A stretch of DNA of 63,568 nt, filler included, from Lenisia limosa (lineage: Eukaryota; Protista; Breviatea), in the NCBI GenBank assembly GCA_001655205.1. It is 9 parts of 9 records of this genome, joined end to end, with 100 filler letters (N's around TTAATTAATTAA, not from the genome) between each part and the next. Parts side by side here need not be neighbours in the genome. Positions count along the whole stretch, not along the records: positions 59,792 to 63,568 come from LPNZ01004962.1; 8 more parts are not named here. One strand, 5' to 3'. Below are positions 59,860 to 63,568 of this stretch, one piece after another. Both the position numbers and the translations under genes were made by a program. The stretch's first letter is position 1; each line of letters opens with the position of its first letter. The notes under the pieces were generated by a model. The model had not been told where the DNA came from. It saw nothing but the letters and a program-made list of their open reading frames with translations, and made no database searches.

Positions 59860-62550
59860 AGCCAAAATGGAACCCTGGCCGAACGGTCACGTCGTATTCC
59901 CCCTTACGGTCCTTCTGAATCGTCTCAACGAGTGCAGTAGTGACGACAATGAAGACATCGAGGTCGTTCCTTTGGCAGTAGACGGGTACGTAGAGATACG
60001 TATGCGGGACAACTGGAAAGAATAAAATGCAATGAACAGGAGAAAAATACTATACTGGTCTTTTTCGAACCGAAGTGAAACCTAGAAAATACACACGACA
60101 CATTTAAATACTCCCTGCGATTCATATTCCACAAACCTGCACCTTCTCCCACTGAATGTGCATTATTTGTAATTGTCTTCCTTAATTAATTGACACATTT
60201 ACTTTTTCTACCTCAAAAACCTCCCACTGTTTTCCACCGCCGCTTTTGTATAGAGATTTTGGAAAATTCGCACGCCGTCATGTCCGGAGGAGACGACATC
60301 AATTATCCAGGTAACAAAGGACGGTAGAACCTGACGATTCACTACTTGGTTAATTGGGATTGGTGCAGACAGTTTAACGAGAAAATACAGTGAATACGTA
60401 GCAAACTGAAGAAGAATTTCAAGATGAGTTCCAAGAATATCTATTTCAAATAACAGGTGGAAATGGTGAGCATATTTAGCTCGCCACTTATGTGACAAGA
60501 TACAGTGATATATCTTCATCGGGTCATGGGGTCTGAGACCTCAAATCACACTTTTAGTCATACCTTTTTTTCATGGAGTCAGGCCAAAAACTTATACTTT
60601 ATCATATATCATAGTATTTTGGATGACCACCCATAGTACCTGTCATATTTCGCATTTCTAAATATTCCAGATTCCCCCCCCCCNNNNNNNNNNNNNNNNN
60701 NNNNNNNNNNNNNNNNNNNNNNNNNNNNNNNNNNNNNNNNNNNNNNNNNNNNNNNNNNNNNNNNNNNNNNNNNNNNNNNNNNNNNNNNNNNNNNNNNNNN
60801 NNNNNNNNNNNNNNNNNNNNNNNNNNNNNNNNNNNNNNNNNNNNNNNNNNNNNNNNNNNNNNNNNNNNNNNNNNNNNNNNNNNNNNNNNNNNNNNNNNNN
60901 CTATTGGATGAGGTCAAATTCGTCTGTATATTGAGATGTACTATAAGTCGGTCATATGATCGTATCACTAGTGGATATGGTAACATATACATATTTATGA
61001 TATGTACAGTGACAGGGATAAGTCTTGACCAATTTACAATGTCATTTCCCAAGGAAAATCGGTCAAGACTTATCCCGGTCACTGTGCATATACAATTGTA
61101 TAATATGAATCTATTAATAATATCATATAGTATTCTATACACTATATGTATGATACAATATATATGATAAAAAATAATATCAAAACCGGATAGTATAATT
61201 CATATCGTAACAAAGATGATGAATATCCCTATTTGATAGCGTCATTGCGTGTTCCTCATTTTCAAGTAATAAAAATGACCGTCCTTCATGATTCGACCAA
61301 CCTCAGGGGGGTAAGCCCCGACTTCATTGGAGTCAAAAACATCAAAAAATGCCTCACTGACGGCCAATGCGTCTCTCACTGCAACAGATAAGTCCATAAA
61401 GCCAGTGGTAGGTATCAGAGCTTCACTTAAGGTTCCAAAAGACTGACAAAATATCGATATTTATCTAGTTTTCGAGAATTCAGTCTTTTTTGGAACCGAA
61501 AGTGAAGCTCTTGTGGTATACCCTCGAGATAAACTCTCGCGGTATCTTCGTTTATCAGTTCCACTCGAAAGTCGGTCATATGATCATATCCTTAGTGGAT
61601 AACAGCGTGAGGAATATGGGACAGAATACATACTAAAGTAGCATAAATTTTCCCCACTCATTAAAGGACGGAGAGGAATCAAGCGAATACATATCGCGAG
61701 AAGGTCTGGTTCGTTTTTGAGCCCTCTGCAGCCTTGTACCGCGTCTGCAGCCTACTTAATTAATGTCTTTATGTACGGTTTTCCTATTCGGTTGGGAAAA
61801 GCCCTTCAAATATCGATATTTACCGAGAATTCATCGAGAACAAACCGTATACGGGAAGCGAGTGGGGGAGTTGAAGTATCTGCCTTGTAAGGGTCAGAAC
61901 TACTCAGAAAAGGAACAATGTGAAGACACAAAAAAGCTTGCCAACATCTCCACTCTATTTGCTTGTGCCATCTCCATAACCCCCCCTTCTCCATACTTTC
62001 CAGTTTTCCAGCAACGATAAAGGCCTTCCTTCGCTCCTCTTTGTCCGTCCAAGATGAAACTGTCTTGTTAGAGGAGGGGGAAAGGGGGGTACAATTGGAA
62101 TATTTATGAAACAAAAAAAGCCCAAATCAAAGCCCAGACCAGTCATCTCTTTTGTTTGTGACTCATCCCATTCCAATACACAAGGTTGACACCAATAAAA
62201 CAAAAACAAGGTCCAGGGAAGGTGATTCAACAAATCCAGTTCCACTCCTCCTGGAAAGGAGATGGCTTTCCAGACCATAACACTCCCATCTTCTACTCCA
62301 CCACAAGCTATCCATCTTCTACTCCACCACAAGCTATCCATCTTCTACTCCACCACAAGCTTACTACCAGCTTACATAAGTTTGTTGGCCAATCTCCATC
62401 CCACTCTTCCTTCCTCTTCTCCTCTTCTTTCCTCATCTCTTCTTCTTCTTCTTTCCTCTTAGCATCTTCCTTCCTTATTGCATCTACTTCTTCCTTCAAA
62501 TCTTCCTCTTTCATCATTAATCTCTTCCTCTCAATGATAGCCTGAAACAT
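59860..62550 (-). CDS. One or more multi-exon hypothetical proteins (Glu/Lys-rich N-terminal part)
   Basis: MFQAIIERKRLMMKEEDLKEE...; exon candidates VRDALAVSEAFFDVFDSNE, VLPSFVTWIIDVVSSGHDGVRIF, VVPHTYLYVPVYCQRNDLDVF; chain not resolved. Confidence 0.3.
60051..60084. mobile_element. Family A right-TIR remnant
   Basis: ggtctttttcgaaccgaagtgaaaccta; flanks aaaaatac/gaaaatac. Confidence 0.7.
61007..61084. mobile_element. Family B MITE
   Basis: TA|cagtgacagggataagtcttgacc...ggtcaagacttatcccggtcactg. Confidence 0.9.
61416..61512. mobile_element. Family A MITE
   Basis: cagagcttcacttaaggttccaaaa...tttggaaccgaaagtgaagctct. Confidence 0.85.
62060..62175 (-). repeat. Family D repeat (internally deleted) ending near an acceptor
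   Basis: ggaatgggatgag...gactggtctgggctttgatttgggctttttttgtttcataaatattccaattgtacccccc...acAG. Confidence 0.65.
62287..62361. repeat. 26-bp tandem repeat x3
   Basis: catcttctactccaccacaagctatc units. Confidence 0.9.
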
Positions 62551-63364
62551 TTTATCATTATATCAACATTCAAAAGGTCAGGTCAGGTTACTTGGGTTTT
62601 TGGTTATTTTTCTTTTTTGTTTTTTTGTTGAATTGTCAGCCCGGGCTTTTGTGAATAGCTTTTGATCAACCGGCAAAATTGCCTCGGATTTTTGTATGTG
62701 TCACCAAATTTTCACCAACAAAATTTGAATGCGTGATAAACAGTAGATAGTTAAATATGTATTTCTGAGTATTGGATTATGAAAAAGAAGGAGAGAACCC
62801 ACACGATGTAATAAGGATGAGACCCGGAGGTATCTTATCATTATAGAATAGTCTTACACACCCCTCCCCATTCTCAAGTAAAACGGGCAACACCGCAACT
62901 GAGCCAATTATAAAATAAAATAGTAAACGTGTGGTAAGTAATTAAAAGGAGCCTTCGGGATAATTCTTCACCCTTCAAAGTGAGCAATACTGGGCCAATC
63001 CTTATTCCGAAGTTACGGATAGTTTCATAAAAAAAAAAAAAAAAAAAAANNNNNNNNNNNNNNNNNNNNNNNNNNNNNNNNNNNNNNNNNNNNNNNNNNN
63101 NNNNNNNNNNNNNNNNNNNNNNNNNNNNNNNNNNNNNNNNAACTGAACTTAAATTACAACATAAAAATAAAATACACCAAAAACTGGAGCCAAATAAGCT
63201 CGACAAATAATCTACATGGGGGAGGGGGAGATTATGACAAGTCACGTGAAAGCATCTTCAACCTGGATTTGGTAGCTTCCAAATCTGGACGATGTGGCGG
63301 TGTGGGTAGGGGGCCTGGTAAGAATGAAAAACATGTCGACATGTGTTGTTTTGTAAATTATCGA

Positions 63365-63470
63365 TAAAAAAGGTGGTCTCTGGCCGAAGCCGTCTACAAC
63401 ATCACGCTTATGTTAATTCACACAACCGTTTGCCTAACAACTTGCAAACAGCATTTTTGTGTATTATAGT
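63365..63470 (+). repeat. Family C repeat (diverged)
   Basis: ctctggccgaagccgtctacaacatcacgcttatgttaattcacacaaccgtttgcctaacaac. Confidence 0.75.
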
Positions 63471-63568
63471 AGTTGGACGGGACCTTATCCCTCTCCGTAC
63501 CCGGTTCGTGCTAAGAACCTTTACACCAATATTCTTCAAATTTCCTTCGCTTTACCCCCCCCCCCCCC

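Noticed and set aside
16088-61512. GGTTCGAA in family A resembling a tRNA T-loop or Pol III B-box (tRNA or SINE)
   Set aside because: It occurs symmetrically in both TIRs of a palindromic element with 8-bp TSDs; there is no A-box or cloverleaf.

Overview
Eukaryotic nuclear DNA, not prokaryotic. It is AT-rich and intron-dense, with GT-AG introns typically about 45-70 nt, which suggests a protist (taxon not determinable from sequence alone). The window is artificial: nine short scaffolds are joined by eight 100-bp spacers (44 N + TTAATTAATTAA + 44 N), so adjacency across spacers is meaningless. I reconstructed genes by manual splicing. They include a DUF4062-NACHT (TEP1/NWD1/NPHP3-like) STAND NTPase, an Upf1-like SF1 helicase fragment, a tandem-PH protein and a Cys-rich Stig1-like + somatomedin-B secreted protein. 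There is also an ~11-kb type I membrane protein gene (GLUG-type + Sushi + Myxococcus-type Cys repeat + TM), a bacterial-cadherin/Ig-like surface protein fragment, and several low-complexity or coiled-coil hypotheticals. Introns and intergenic DNA are packed with small non-autonomous elements: family A (~100-bp hAT-like MITE, 8-bp TSDs, ~26 copies), family B (~78-bp Tc1/mariner-like MITE, TA TSD, ~9 copies), family C (~145-bp hairpin-bearing repeat of unknown class, 7 copies), a 422-bp hAT-like element and a 434-bp long-TIR element. The most unusual signal is family D. Its scorable copies all lie in the sense orientation of the host gene and end at, or within about 25 nt of, a 3' splice site, and three such introns begin with the same GTGGGATGG. 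It is a candidate intron-forming (introner-like) or splice-site-donating element. No rRNA, tRNA or CRISPR was recognised. Multi-exon gene coordinates are approximate outer bounds.
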